From the NCBI GenBank assembly GCA_964187785.1, contig OZ076409.1:84446001-84510000 (forward strand): DNA of 64,000 nt, written 5' to 3'. The notes under the pieces were generated by a model. The model was not told where the DNA came from and ran no database searches. It saw nothing but the letters and a program-made list of their open reading frames with translations. The translations under genes were made by a program, and so were the position numbers. This document shows, one piece after another, positions 47,269-59,559 of this stretch (the stretch's first letter is position 1; each line of letters begins with the position of its first letter). This DNA is from Amphiscolops sp. MND2022 (Eukaryota).

Positions 47269-48454
47269 CAGTGTCTCATAAAATTGTAAAAATGAAATTT
47301 TTGAAAAAAAGTTTTTTATTTACAAAGGTATGACTTTTACCTAATTAACTGCTAGGTATGCTTATGGGACACGTTGAATTAAAGGAGATTATGTGGATTT
47401 ATGTTTTCAAGTTTTCATACATACTCCCAAAAGCAAAATACTCAAAATTGTTATCGTTACAATTTCGTTTGTGATTGTGTTCTTAGAAACGATTGTTACA
47501 AAAACTGTTTATGCTGCCAGGAAACATTGAATGAAAACAGGAAGAACAAAGTACTATTGATGTCATACAGCCCAATAGACTCTTCTACCTCCTTGTTTGA
47601 ATGTACCTTTCAAGTAGTTGTCCAATATTTGGATTTTTAATCTTTTTTAAATCCACTGGAGTGCATCTGAATCAAATCTGTTTATATTTAGCTTCATTTG
47701 ATCAAATCACGCCCTCAAATCCTCCAGTGTCCAGTTAGCAAACTTTGTTCGAAATCTAAACTTTGTTGTTTGTGTTATTCACTGGGAAATGTCTTTCGCT
47801 TCTTTTTTCTGGCTTTCAGCCCATTTTTTCACTACTCGCCCAATAGTTTCGGGGTTCAATTGTGCTTCCCGTGTACTACAGAGCTCACAAGCCGCAATAA
47901 CACCCGAGTCGATCTTTCCTGACGACAAGTTTCGAACGAGGTTTTTTCTGTCATAAACATCAAAATTTCGAGAGACGACCTGGTGTTGGCCTCGCAATGT
48001 CATTGAAATGCGCATTGCACAAACGGGTTACCTCAATTTGGCCTATTGATGGCATCTGGGTGTTTTGCCTCGTAAAATTCCTCGCATAATTCCTCTGCTA
48101 CATTTTCTGAAATCTGCATCTTTGTTTCAGTGGATAAAATTTTCAGGAAGGAAACGGGCGATGAGACTACGGATATCGATCAAATAAAACTTAACAAATT
48201 TCAAACAGTTGAAACATATAAAAACAACAATTTTTTCCTGTTTTAGCACACACGAAATTATGAAAAGAAGTGGTTTATAAATACTTGAGTTATGAGAAAA
48301 ACAGGACGGAAAAAATCTCCTGTAGATGATGCTAATATGAAAGATGTAGACTTAATTTTAGAAATCGTTACTTCGAACAATATAGATTGTATACGAATAA
48401 AAATCCAAACTCTTCAACTTTGCTACTTTATTGTTACAATTTCGCGAGGCACTG
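47269..48454 (-). mobile_element. Degenerate Tc1/mariner element
   Basis: TA-flanked imperfect TIRs CAGTGTCTCATAAAATTG / CAATTTCGCGAGGCACTG; the minus strand retains decayed ETIGRVVKK, NWTLED and VI*SNEAK..NRFDSD, resembling the Tc1 VxWSDE region. Confidence 0.7.
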
Positions 48455-48547
48455 TATTTTGTATTGAATTAAACTGTGGGTTGCTAAATTTCGAAAAAGT
48501 GTCCTCCTGAGGTTCTTAGTCGGTGCCTTCATTTGTAAAGCTAAAAT

Positions 48548-48800
48548 TATTCTATTTCTGCTTTGTTGAGATATAATAAAACAATGTCAGTACTGATTTC
48601 AATTTTCTAATGCCAAACTGTATCGTAAATTTACGTTAACAACAATGGTTCCTTACGAAACTAATCTAGTGTACATATGTATATAAATATGTTTAAACAG
48701 AAAGAGGAACAATTATAGTTTGTTGGTATATGTTCATTTTCAGTTTGATTGGCACTTCATTGAACCGAATAATTCGGACGCGGTATATCACCGTATAACT
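48548..48800 (-). repeat. 3' LTR, family C
   Basis: Near-identical to 54172-54424; PPT (48801-48811) adjacent. Confidence 0.93.
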
Positions 48801-48932
48801 TTCCCCCCTTCTGGGATTCTCTTTCACATCTTGGAAGTTCCCGGCATTGGGCTCATCTCTCTTTGGAAATCTGCTGGTTTCGGTAGTGCTGGTTCTGAAC
48901 TACTTTGGTTATTTCCTGAAACAGATCATTTT

Positions 48933-50405
48933 TTATAACCAAAAGTTTTTTGTATATCGTACTCCCCCGTACAAATTCGGTTGACTACATTTTCGGCTTG
49001 ACCTTCTAACAGGTGATTTTTCGGTTTCTAGAAATTTATTTTCATTCTCACCGGTAGGCATCTCACCGTCAGTGTGTTGTCTCAATTCGTCTTCGGGATT
49101 TGTGTTGATCGGCTTGTACCCGTTTCTTTCGGACGTATCCGGATTTTCCATCTCGAAATCGTTTTCCTCGTCAATTTCACCCTCCTCGCTTTCTGATTCC
49201 GATTCGTATTTATGTGTCCGGTTTTGTATGATTTTCAATTTTCCATTCAGTATATCGCGGGGTATTTCATTCCACTGAATGTATTTCCCGTCGACGCCTC
49301 GGAGACAGTGTCGATTCTTCGGTGTAATTTTGTCTCCGATTTGCGGTGCCCGTTCTTTCTTCTTTTCGGTCTGAAATACAATTGCTCCCGAAATGTGTTT
49401 TCGGTGAATTATTCTTCCACTTTCGGTGGTTACGGTATGTTCGGTTCCGCCTACCGCGGTTTGAATTTTCTTTTGAAATTTTCCTTCTAGTGATTTTCTA
49501 TTGTAGTTTTTTTCTACAAATTTAAAGGGATATTCACTAACCGAATGTTTCTTTTTCGGTTGTTTGTCCACCGCTTTTTCCTCGGCTTTGGTTTTTGCCA
49601 TGACCAGGTAATTTGTTACATCCCCCTCTTCATCCCTCGATACATAGATTGGGATTTTTGGCTTTCTTTCAGCTGAAACAGATAGTTCCGTCCAATCAGA
49701 GAGAAATGATTTACCGTCTTTAACCAGATTGGTTAATTCGGTTCGCGGCTTTCTACCGTGGTGTAGTTCGAATGGCGTTAATTTTAATCCGGTGTGTATT
49801 GTAAATCGCATTACTTTTAATGCTCTGTTTACAAATTCGGTCAGGCATAAATTATCTTCTAAATTCGCCACTATTAAGTTCTTCATGGTTTGTATAGCGC
49901 GTTCTACTGCTCCCGTACCGGTATGTATTCTCGGTGTGCTGTATTCTATTTCAATGTTTTTCGATTTACGGAATTCAATGTAGTCTTTTGAAATAAATGC
50001 TCCGCCTTTATCCGATTTAATTTTTTCCGGTATTCCGTACAAGTTAAAGTTTTGTTTTAGGAAGTTAATTACTTCTTTTGTTTCGGATGTTTTGCAAAAT
50101 TTTACGGTCGGCCATTTACTAAATCTATCTACCGCAATTAGTAGCTGGTTCTCCCCGTTCAATTTTTTATTGTGTAATTTTCCGGTAAAATCGATTTGAA
50201 TTTCTTGTCCCGGTTCGGTAAATGTTTTTAATTTTCCGCTTTCGTTTTTCGGTAATTGATATTTTAAATTCTTATCGGATGATAAGCAGGCTACACAATT
50301 TTTGACTTTTTCTTCGATGTCTTTGGTGATGTTTGGCCACCAAAAGATTTTTGCTTCTGCTGCCATTTTGGTGGTTCCCGCATGTCCAAAGTGTAAGGTA
50401 TTCAA
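48933..50405 (-). pseudogene. pol: Integrase segment of pol
   Basis: LHFGH..CVAC, QIDF, SDKGGAF, GAVERAI; separated from RT-RH by stops/frameshifts at ~50400-50800. Confidence 0.9.
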
Positions 50406-50794
50406 TAGCTTCTTTCGGAGTTCGGTTGGTACAATTATTTTGTCGTTTATGAAAGTTTATATCTTGTTGAGATGTTTTCGAATTGTTGTCGATAATGTTC
50501 GGGTGCCATGCTGCGGTCTTCTCTTGTTAATTCTAGTTTTACCCGGTTTAGTTTGGCGTCCGTTGCCGATTTTGCACTTAAGCTTTTCAGGTCCAGCCTG
50601 AAATCAATTTCCGCTTTCTTAATTGTTTCTTCGGTGACTTTCTTTCCTTCGGTGACCACTCCGATTATTTGATTGATTTGCACGTAGTGCGCCTCTTTTC
50701 CTTCCGTGTTGTAGTTCTTTAGATTAACAATTGGTAGGTTGTTCCCGCGTATGATTTGGCTTTCTCCTTCACTCTTCGGGTCATTTGATTGTTC

Positions 50795-53095
50795 TTACGG
50801 CAATTGTTCTTCCATCGGGATTTGTTCCTGTTCTTCTCTAATTGTTTGTAGGGGTTGGTATCCTCCTCCCAACCTGTTTGCCCGTTGTATCAATTGTCCG
50901 TCTATTTCGGCGATTTCTTCCCTACTTCTTTCGTTCGGCCGGGATGGGACAAAGATTGTTCGTTGGGCATTCTGGTCATATCTTCTTCTCATTGTGCCGG
51001 GTCTAGCGATCTCTAGCCTTCTCTCCACTAATCTTCGGGTTTCCGGACTCTTTTCTCTCCTTTGTATAATTTGCATGATTTCGGCAGTTGCGCCCCAATG
51101 AAAGTAATCGCGGTCCATTTCTTTTTCAATTGATGCTGTTGCTGGTTTCAAATGATTCTGTAATGGTAAAGTATCTTGGCGTTTGAATTCTATCGCGTCG
51201 CTATTTGGACTGGTTTCCGTTCGTTCGTTTGTTTTGTTCACGTGTCGGTTTTTCTCGAATGTTCTATTCGTTTCTGATTGGCCGCTCAATTCACAGTCGT
51301 GTGTAATTTTTGCGTTCGGTGCGTGCTGTAATTGGTTTGTGAAAACTCTTCCGTATTTCAAATTCAATTCGGCTTGTTCCGTGAGAGTATTTATTACGTA
51401 TTGTTCATCGTATGTGTTTTCGGTCGTGGCGCCCTCTACCGGATTGCGGCTTAAATAGTCCGTGAATTTCAAGTTGCTTCCGGCTATATGTCGTATTGAG
51501 ATATCAAAATGTGCTAGCCGGTCTAACCATCTGGTTAGTCTTGCGCTGAATTGTTTGTTACATCTCTTTCGTGTAATTAGGGGTTCTAATGCTTGGTGAT
51601 CGGTGTATAAAAACACCTTTTTCCCGTATAAGTAAAAACGGATTTTTTCTAATCCCCATACAACTGCTAATAATTCAAGTTCTCCGATCGAATAATTCTT
51701 TTCGCTGTCATTAAGGAATCTACTACCGAACGCTATCGGTTTTAATTCTCCATCTGCTTGTTTTTGCCATAATGTTATTCCGAGACCGGTTTTGCTTGCG
51801 TCGGTTGATACAATGTTGTCTTTGTCTTTTGCGTAGTGTGCTAATGCCGGTTCTTCGGTGAGCATTTTTTTGATCATTTCGAAATCATTTTGTTGTTCCG
51901 TTTCCCATTTCCATTCTGTATTTTTCTTCAGTAGTTTTCGTAATTTGTCGATTCTTTCTGACAGCCTCGGTAGGAATTTTGCTAGGTACTGTATTGCCCC
52001 GAGAAACGATTTCAATTGCTTCGGGTTTTCCGGGTGTTTCAAATCCAGTATGGCTTTGACTTTTTCTTTGTTTGGTTTTATTCCTTCTTCGTCTATTTCA
52101 TGTCCGAGCCATTTCATTTTGTTTTGAAAGAATTCGGATTTCTTCTCACTTGCTCTATAACCGGCATCTTCCAATTTCTTCAGTACATCGAACTGTTTCT
52201 TTTCGTGATCTTTTCGGTCTCCCCGTGTTACTACTATAATATCGTCTAACCATGCGGGTGTACAATATTCCAGTGTTCGATCAATTTTTTCCTGAAAAAT
52301 TGTGGGTATGTCGGCTAATCCGTAGAATCTTTTTTTAAATCGGTAGTAGCCGCTAAAATTTCCCCCGGTAATTGCAAATACACATTGTCTGCTTGTTTCT
52401 TCCGATAACATCATTTGACCGTATGCATAATCAAGATCTATTTTTGACATCATTAATTCTTTCGTTCGGTCTTTTGTTATCTCCACCGAAATTTGGTTCA
52501 GCAGTTCTTCCATGTTCGGCATGTGAGGTCGGACTTTGATGCAACTGTCATTCAGTTTTCGTGAATCGAGTGCTATTTTTACCGATTTATCGTTTTTCAC
52601 AGTTATCACTACCGGTGACACAAAACAGTCTTCATCTACTTGTTTTACTCTTTCCAACTGTCCGGATTTCGTTAATTTTTCAATTTCTTTTCCGACTGCT
52701 TCTTGTAGATGAAGAGGGATTGGTCTTGCTTTTTGTTTTACCGGATAATGTCCCGGTTTCAGTTGTATATTTATTTCAGCATCTTTTATGGTTGTGTTAT
52801 TCTTGAACAAGTCCGGAAATTTCTCTACGATCTGTCTCTTTTCTGATTGGTTGTTATCGTCCAATCGGATGTTGCCGATTGTTAATTTGAATTTCTTTAA
52901 CCAGTCCATTCCAAGTAGTGGTGTTATGTCATTTCGTTCGGTAATTAATAGTTGCATCTTTTGTTTGTTGTTCTCATATTCGATGTCTACCGGTATCTTT
53001 CCCCGGAATTTTACTTCGTTCTTGTTTACATCTTGGTACCGGTGTCTCACTTTTTGGATTTCGGTATCTTTCACTATTGTTTTATCCGCCGGCAT
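50795..53095 (-). pseudogene. pol: Protease C-terminus, reverse transcriptase and RNase H segment of pol
   Basis: LLGMDWL; IALDSRKLN; KIDLDYAYGQ; AWLDDII; TDASKTGLG; ELELLAVVW; YTDHQAL. Confidence 0.92.
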
Positions 53096-54125
53096 TATCG
53101 ATAATTGGTGATCCGGTGTCTATTATAAATTCTTTCTCCGTTCCGTTGATTTTCACTGTCGTTGTTAAATATTTGTTTTTGTCCACGATTCTGTTTATTC
53201 TTTCAATTCTGTAGATACTCGATTCTGATTCGTCGCTTTCTTCATCAATTGTTGAGGCTTCGTTCTCGGTTACATTCCGTATTTTGCGTTTGTGATAATC
53301 TTTTTGTCTGCATGCCCGGGCGAAGTGGCCCTTCTTTCCGCAATTATTGCATGTCTGATCTAATGCTGGGCATTTGTGTGATTGGTTCCAGTTCGGTGCA
53401 TTGCAGAATCTACATGGTCTGTTATTGTTGAATTTATTTCTCGGTCGTGTGTTAAATTTGTCCATTCTCTGTGTCGGTTTTTCTTTAATCTCTTTTTCTC
53501 GGTTTGATATTAGTGCTTCCGGTATTGTGTTTTTGTTGTTTTTCTTCTCGTATGTGTTTTGCTTGATCATTTCTATCGCTTTTTTCATCTCGAGTTCCTT
53601 TTCTTTCATTAATTTGTCTCGGAGTTTCTTGTCCGTAATTGCGGTCATAAATTTGGAAATGAGTAATTCTTCGGCTGTTATGCTTTCGAAGTTGCATTCT
53701 TTTTCGATTTCTATCAGTCTTCGCCAGAAAATTTCTCGTGTTTCGGATTCTGTTTGTTTAGTCCAGAAAAATTCTCCCCGGTTGTGATATGTATTTCTTT
53801 TCGGTAAGAAATACTCGTTGAATAGCCGAATTAATTCTTTGATTGCGATTTTGTCCGGTTCTGTCTTGTACTCTGCTCTTGTCATTTGGTATAGAGCTTC
53901 TGGGCCAATACCCCATATGAAATCGTCTTGTACTTGGTTTTCTTTTGTGGCCCAGTCTGCTTGCGTCATGTCTTCTCCTCGGATCAATTCTGCAATGTCC
54001 GTTTTGTATTACCGTTTTGTGTATTGCCGCAATCGTTCAAGCCATTGTTTCGGTGTGAATATCTTCTTTCCGTCTGTTGTTGCTTCGAAGTTTGGCACCT
54101 CGATTTGTGTTGCTTCTTGTGTCAT
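53082..54125 (-). pseudogene. gag: Gag plus protease N-terminus (in-frame stop near 54008, frameshift near 53100)
   Basis: ATG at 54125 (MTQEATQ..); CRFC..HKC and CNNCGKKGHFARAC knuckles; IIDTGSP. Confidence 0.88.
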
Positions 54126-54159
54126 TGTTTCTTCGTTTCGATAAAATCAAATTAGGAAG

Positions 54160-54171
54160 CTGACTGCGCCA
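54160..54171 (-). promoter_or_regulatory. Primer binding site, tRNA-Ser-like
   Basis: TGGCGCAGTCAG abuts the 5' LTR on the minus strand. Confidence 0.6.
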
Positions 54172-54424
54172 TATTCTATTTCTGCTTTGTTGAGATATAA
54201 TAAAACAATGTGAGTACTGATTTCTATTTTCTAATGCCAAACTGTATCGTAAATTTACGTTAACAACAATGGTTCCTTACGAAACTAATCTAGTGTACAT
54301 ATGTATATAAATATGTATAAACAGAAAGAGGAACAATTATAGTTTGTTGGTATATGTTCATTTTCAGTTTGATTGGCACTTCATTGAACCGAATAATTCG
54401 GACGCGGTATATCACCGTATAACA
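54172..54424 (-). repeat. 5' LTR, family C
   Basis: Minus strand reads TGTTATACGG...GAAATAGAATA; TSD AAAAT at 54425-54429. Confidence 0.93.
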
Positions 54425-56144
54425 AAAATTCCCCGACTAACACAGTCAGTTGGTTTTTCTTTATGGCAAACTTAGACGTATTAGGGTGGCCGATATGGAA
54501 AGTTCGGCCTCTTGTTTGTGCGGACTTTGCTCTGTTCTCCAAAAAAGCAAAATTTATAATAAACGTTTTAAAAAGTCGAATAGTGCCAAAATACTTCAAC
54601 GGAGGTCCCTTTATACTCTTGAAGACATTGTTTTACCTGAAAGCCTAAAAACAAAGGTAGGATCCTGTGATTAAAAAATTGGAAACACATTTCATTACTT
54701 TTTCACATTCGCAATTGCTCAACGCCGATATTCTCCAAAAAATGTGTTCTGGAAAGTACAATTGTACACTTCTACACTTGTACACGAGTTTAATCAGTTC
54801 AGTCTCCAATTTTATATTGCATAGAGGAATTTAAGTAATTTGCATGTAATTGCAGCATATGTAAGTCACTTTTCACTTAATTCATTTTTCTCGGTCGAAA
54901 GCTACTCATCTTTTCTATGTAATTTAAATTAGCCGAAAGTCCGGACTTCGGCATGTTGGAAAACGAGTCGTGAAATGTTCGTTTTTCCACTTCGGTTGTC
55001 ATAATTTCATTTCCTCGTATTGCGAGCAAACTTCAAATGCATTTCTAAAGCATTTGTTGAAATTTATACTCTTTGAAGGTTAACTTCACTGAAGCGTATC
55101 TCTAAGTGACAGTTTTTAGTTTTTGAGCACATCTTAATGAATTCACACATTTCCTGCACGAGTTATATTCGTCCAATATATTCTTGAAGTCAATGGAATC
55201 TCTTTGATACTTCACAGATACGCTTGTTTATTGAGAAAAGAGCGGTAAAACGTCAAAAAATCATGTTCTAGAATAGCCCTAGATCAATTTAAGAGACGGC
55301 TTTGCCTCTTCACAGGAACATAAGGCAAAGTGCCGTTGCGATGAACATCAGATACCAGGAGGCTTATTATCACCATTTCAAGCGTATGCTTTTGACATAT
55401 GCCTTCCTAATGATACGCTAGTGACATCATTTATACATGCAGTATAATTAGACACAGAGTGACATCATATGCAGTTCGAAATTTGGACGGCGCGTATCGT
55501 CTAGAAAAGTCGAAACAAAATTTCAGATCAATATTTCAGTAACTTCAATTCCATGATTATGTCCAAGAATTTTCCTCTCTCAATGCGGAAATAGCAAAGG
55601 ATGTGTGTTTGCTCTACGTATGAAATAAATTAGATTTTCAAGGCAGGAAGTGTAATACGGGGGCAGAATCATCACAAATTTCTAACAAAATAGGCCATTC
55701 TTAACGCAAAAATCACTTTTTATTACTGAGTTTGATTCAGACTTTTGAGTCTGCTTCTCAGGGTAAGCGTATAAAACCACTTCTGCTTAGTAGGCCACTT
55801 TTTAGTCGGCGCTATTGTTAGAAAATGCATACTATAGTAGTAACTTTTCTGAGACACGCAAAACGACAGATTTTATAATTTCAAACATATAGCACAATAT
55901 ATATAACCCAGATCAAGCCCAGATTTTCTCTTAATTTTACAAATTGAATTCAAGAATTGTTGCTACTAGGTGTCATAGCCTGGAGTCCAATCTTGTTTCT
56001 CATCAACTTTTTTTACTGGGGCTAAACTTGAAATTTCTTTCAAGAGCTTGAGGCTCTATCACACCTCCTAAACTCTACTGCTGTTTAGAGGATTTAAATA
56101 AATAGAAACAATTAGTGAAAATAAAAACGAAAAGCAATACCAAT

Positions 56145-56146
<2 letters not shown>

Positions 56147-56203
<57 letters not shown>
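56147..56203. repeat. (TAT)19 microsatellite, left flank of the YR element
   Basis: 57 bp of perfect TAT repeats. Confidence 0.95.
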
Positions 56204-56205
<2 letters not shown>

Positions 56206-56841
56206 TTATACTACTCTCTATGGCAAAAAATCGATAATTATACTACTCTCAATAGCCGCACAAATACTCTCTATGGTTCGAGTGAACTTTTGAGTATGTC
56301 AAATACCGCAACGGAGCAATAACAAATTACTACAAATACTCGAAAACGCTTTCACCAATAGCAAGAACAACTTTTCATATTTTTCTGTTCGAGTCATTAC
56401 GTTTTAAAACGGTTTTCAGACGCCGAAACATTTTCGATGTACCTTTTGTGGACTATCAGACTCGCTATGTATCGCAAGCGGAACTGTCGGACGCGGAATG
56501 TAAATAGAATTAGAATTGAAAGTAGAACTGGAATCTCATTGGCTAATCGTTCTATTGCTCTAAACAACATCTCTACATATTATTCTTATTGTGTGGTGGC
56601 CGTACAGCCTTGTTTTTATATCTGTGGCAAGAATTACTATTAGACTGCCAATGTAAATTGCTTTATTATTAGACTCTCGTTGGGAAAACTCTAGTTATCA
56701 TAAGACATTTTTTGGCAAAGATGTTCGAATTCCAACTGCTAAACATTTCACTTTTAATCAAAACTGATCAAACTAATTCCAAACAAAGCTAGATCGTAAT
56801 GTACAAACAAGTAATTCAGCTCATTTTACATCAAAATTTCT

Positions 56842-59082
56842 TCAAATTTTTAAACTGTTGTAGGAAGAATAGGCTTTAGCGTAAACCTTCTTGAAAACTA
56901 AATCAGCATCTTTTTCATTAAGGTTCAAAGACGAAACTATATCTTTAATGTTTGCTTTTGTAAGTTTAACTCGTTTCGAGGCAATGATTCCGCAGGCTTG
57001 TTTAAAGGGTTTTTCCAGGTGGGGATCACATTGTTTGACAAATTTCATCATTTTTTGTGCAAACTGATCAAAAAGATGTTCTGTTTGGTGTCGCGTTTTC
57101 GGGGTTGCTTCAGGTATTCTAGCTATTTTAGCTGAACGGGGAGGGCAGTAGGCGGAGTCTTTTTCAGCTGGCTCATCGCTAGATGCCTCGTCAGATTCAT
57201 TGTCTGAATGTTCTGCATTTTTTTTGGATTTTTGTAATTTTAGTGGAGTTGATGCATTTATATCAGGAAACTTTGATGTGGAACATTCCGGCTGTGGATC
57301 TCGGGGGGCAATCTGAGATAGAAGGCTTGTACTCTCAGATGCAGTGTCAGTTTCTAATTCGAATAAATCACGTTTTAGGGAGCTCGTAAAACTAGGATTT
57401 TGACGTTTTTCGCGGAATTTCATTCGAATATTGTTTGTAGCATCAAACAACTGTTGCAAATCAGCGTCCGTCGGTGGAGCCACGTAGTGCTTTTCTCTTG
57501 TTTTATCAGAATGAGCTGAATTTGACTCAAAGATTTTGCGCAATTCGATTGGAATTTGTTCTTTGTTCTTCTCATAATACGTTTCCCAAACTTTCCGACA
57601 CGCATTTGGATGAAACTTATATGCACTGATATTGAATAATTTCTTCATTAGACGCGCTATTGTACTCGATTGCGTCGTCAGTTCATTGTCATTCACACCT
57701 GGAAAAATTGATGTTGGCTTCACACCGTATTTGTCCTCGTATTCCGCATGTAATTCTCTCAAAATTGTTTTTTCGGACTGTGTGATGTACGCATAATTTG
57801 TAAAAAGACTGCCAGTTTTGTGCTTGTTTGAGCGAATGAATGTCCCAGGTGTGTAATTCTCAAGCTCTTCAGTTGTGAAGCTCATCAAAATGCCCACTCT
57901 GCAGTTCGCCCGCGAATGTATTTGAAACAATATAAGTGCTAATTTTTCTTGGACTTGTAACTGATGCCATTGGGAGTCTAATAATACCTTGCTCTCGATA
58001 AAGTTCTCGACCAAATCTTGCGCCTCGCAAAGGACATCCATGCTTGGAACTGCACTAAATCGCTCTATCTTCCTTCTACTTTGTTCTTTCAAACATTCTT
58101 TAGATGTTTCTTTTAGCCAAAGCTTCAAATTGTCGTCGATAATGTTTTTGTTGATTTTATAGGACTTCTGGTGGCCAGCGCTCATCCACGTAATAAACAA
58201 TTTAATGTCAAAACAAAGCTTTCTGACTGAGCTGTAAGTATACTTTTTGTCGTCTTTCAACTTGTTTAGGGTTTCACCTATCAAATCGGGTCTTTTCAGA
58301 CTGTGGGTGCCGCGAAACACTTTGCAAAGAGCATCGAACTGAAAATTCGCCAATGGTTTCTTCAATTTATCACGACAATATTCAGTGTATTGGGCCAGAA
58401 TTGCACCGCCACGTTCTGAAAGGACCCCTTTTGACCTCATATACGCTATGATTGGGTTGGGATACACTTGGAACTCCTCTTTTGTCACCCTTTTTATTTG
58501 ATGTTCAGGAAATTCGTTCAAGTGTCGTTGTCGATGCGTGAAACGATAAGGACATTCTTGGCATTCATACACTGGCATCTTGTTATTTTGCGTCGAATAC
58601 ACACTTAACAGGAACTTCAAGGGTTTGCCTTCCCAACCATGTGTTTTGACAAGGTGCTGCCTGAAGAAATTAACTTTTTTGGGGCATATAGGGCATTGCT
58701 TCTCTTTTTCCTGTTTGGGTTTTTTCCCTCTTTTCAATGCAAAGCTCGTTTTTGGGCCAGGGGATTTCTCTGAATTTTCATTTGGGGGCTCGCACAACTC
58801 TGGTGTACTGTTTTCAAGACTTTCTGAAGGGTTTTTGTCAGAAGTTGGGGAAAAATTTGGCAAAAGTTGACTTTCGGGGATGTCATCAATGTCTGGTATC
58901 TCAGTTTCTAAGGCAGCCAATTCATCAATTATTGCCTGCGTGGAAGGCCCGGGAAGTGGCAAACCGAAACTACTATCTAAATTGGGCTCGCTGGGGTTCA
59001 AACTAATGTCTAAATCCTCGTCTGCAACTGACTTTGTATCTGATTTTGCTAACAATCTGCTTGATCTACGTCTGCTTGCCAT
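56842..59082 (-). CDS. Tyrosine recombinase (746 aa) with N-terminal C2H2-like zinc fingers
   Basis: Catalytic-order motifs R395 (NCRVG), K422 (HKTG), HPNACR496K, H524 (AHS), Y533 (KHY); fingers CPIC..HLVKTH and CQEC..HRQRH; intact and intronless. Confidence 0.85.
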   Translation of the reverse strand: MASRRRSSRLLAKSDTKSVADEDLDISLNPSEPNLDSSFGLPLPGPSTQAIIDELAALETEIPDIDDIPESQLLPNFSPTSDKNPSESLENSTPELCEPPNENSEKSPGPKTSFALKRGKKPKQEKEKQCPICPKKVNFFRQHLVKTHGWEGKPLKFLLSVYSTQNNKMPVYECQECPYRFTHRQRHLNEFPEHQIKRVTKEEFQVYPNPIIAYMRSKGVLSERGGAILAQYTEYCRDKLKKPLANFQFDALCKVFRGTHSLKRPDLIGETLNKLKDDKKYTYSSVRKLCFDIKLFITWMSAGHQKSYKINKNIIDDNLKLWLKETSKECLKEQSRRKIERFSAVPSMDVLCEAQDLVENFIESKVLLDSQWHQLQVQEKLALILFQIHSRANCRVGILMSFTTEELENYTPGTFIRSNKHKTGSLFTNYAYITQSEKTILRELHAEYEDKYGVKPTSIFPGVNDNELTTQSSTIARLMKKLFNISAYKFHPNACRKVWETYYEKNKEQIPIELRKIFESNSAHSDKTREKHYVAPPTDADLQQLFDATNNIRMKFREKRQNPSFTSSLKRDLFELETDTASESTSLLSQIAPRDPQPECSTSKFPDINASTPLKLQKSKKNAEHSDNESDEASSDEPAEKDSAYCPPRSAKIARIPEATPKTRHQTEHLFDQFAQKMMKFVKQCDPHLEKPFKQACGIIASKRVKLTKANIKDIVSSLNLNEKDADLVFKKVYAKAYSSYNSLKI

Positions 59083-59233
59083 TGGAAGTCTTATAAAAAT
59101 TAGTAGCTTTAGATGTAGTAATTATAGTGAAATTGAAATTTTGGTCAAAATTGTTTTGAAGCGCAATTAAATGTTTGGATATGCAACTGTTATGTAAGCA
59201 CAGAAACGAGAGCAATCAAAAGGTGTATTGATA

Positions 59234-59287
59234 TGACGTCATAGCCTCGATGAACGCAAGTACGCGGCGTCAACACCTATGACGTCA
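59234..59287. promoter_or_regulatory. Two CRE-like TGACGTCA palindromes upstream of the YR gene
   Basis: TGACGTCA at 59234-59241 and 59280-59287, ~150-200 bp upstream of the ATG. Confidence 0.4.
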
Positions 59288-59526
59288 CATGCCATAGATG
59301 GTATAATTACGTAATGATTATTCTTTTGTTACGCTGATAGCAGCAACCTGCGCATATGCATGCACTCTTACTTTTACTAGGTAGTTAAATTGATAATACT
59401 GCCGCTATCGTGGAAAGTTCCTATAGGGGCAAAGTGCCAAAACTTCCTATGGCCAAGGGTAAACTGACTTGGAGACTCTCTATGGCTCCAAAATTCCCGG
59501 TCGTTAATGCCATAGAGGAAATTATA

Positions 59527-59527
<1 letters not shown>

Positions 59528-59559
<32 letters not shown>

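Larger units (their letters stand above)
48548..54424 (-). mobile_element. Full-length Ty3/Gypsy element (family C, Mag-like gag with two Cys knuckles)
   Basis: 253-bp LTRs at 54172-54424 and 48548-48800; 5-bp TSD AAAAT; PBS TGGCGCAGTC; PPT GAAGGGGGGAA; gag-PR-RT-RH-IN order. Confidence 0.95.
56206..59526 (-). mobile_element. Tyrosine-recombinase DNA transposon (Crypton-like) inserted in an (ATT)n tract
   Basis: Single YR ORF; TTATA direct repeat at both ends; inverted CTCTATGGCA / TGCCATAGAG just inside the ends; (ATT)n on both sides. Confidence 0.72.
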
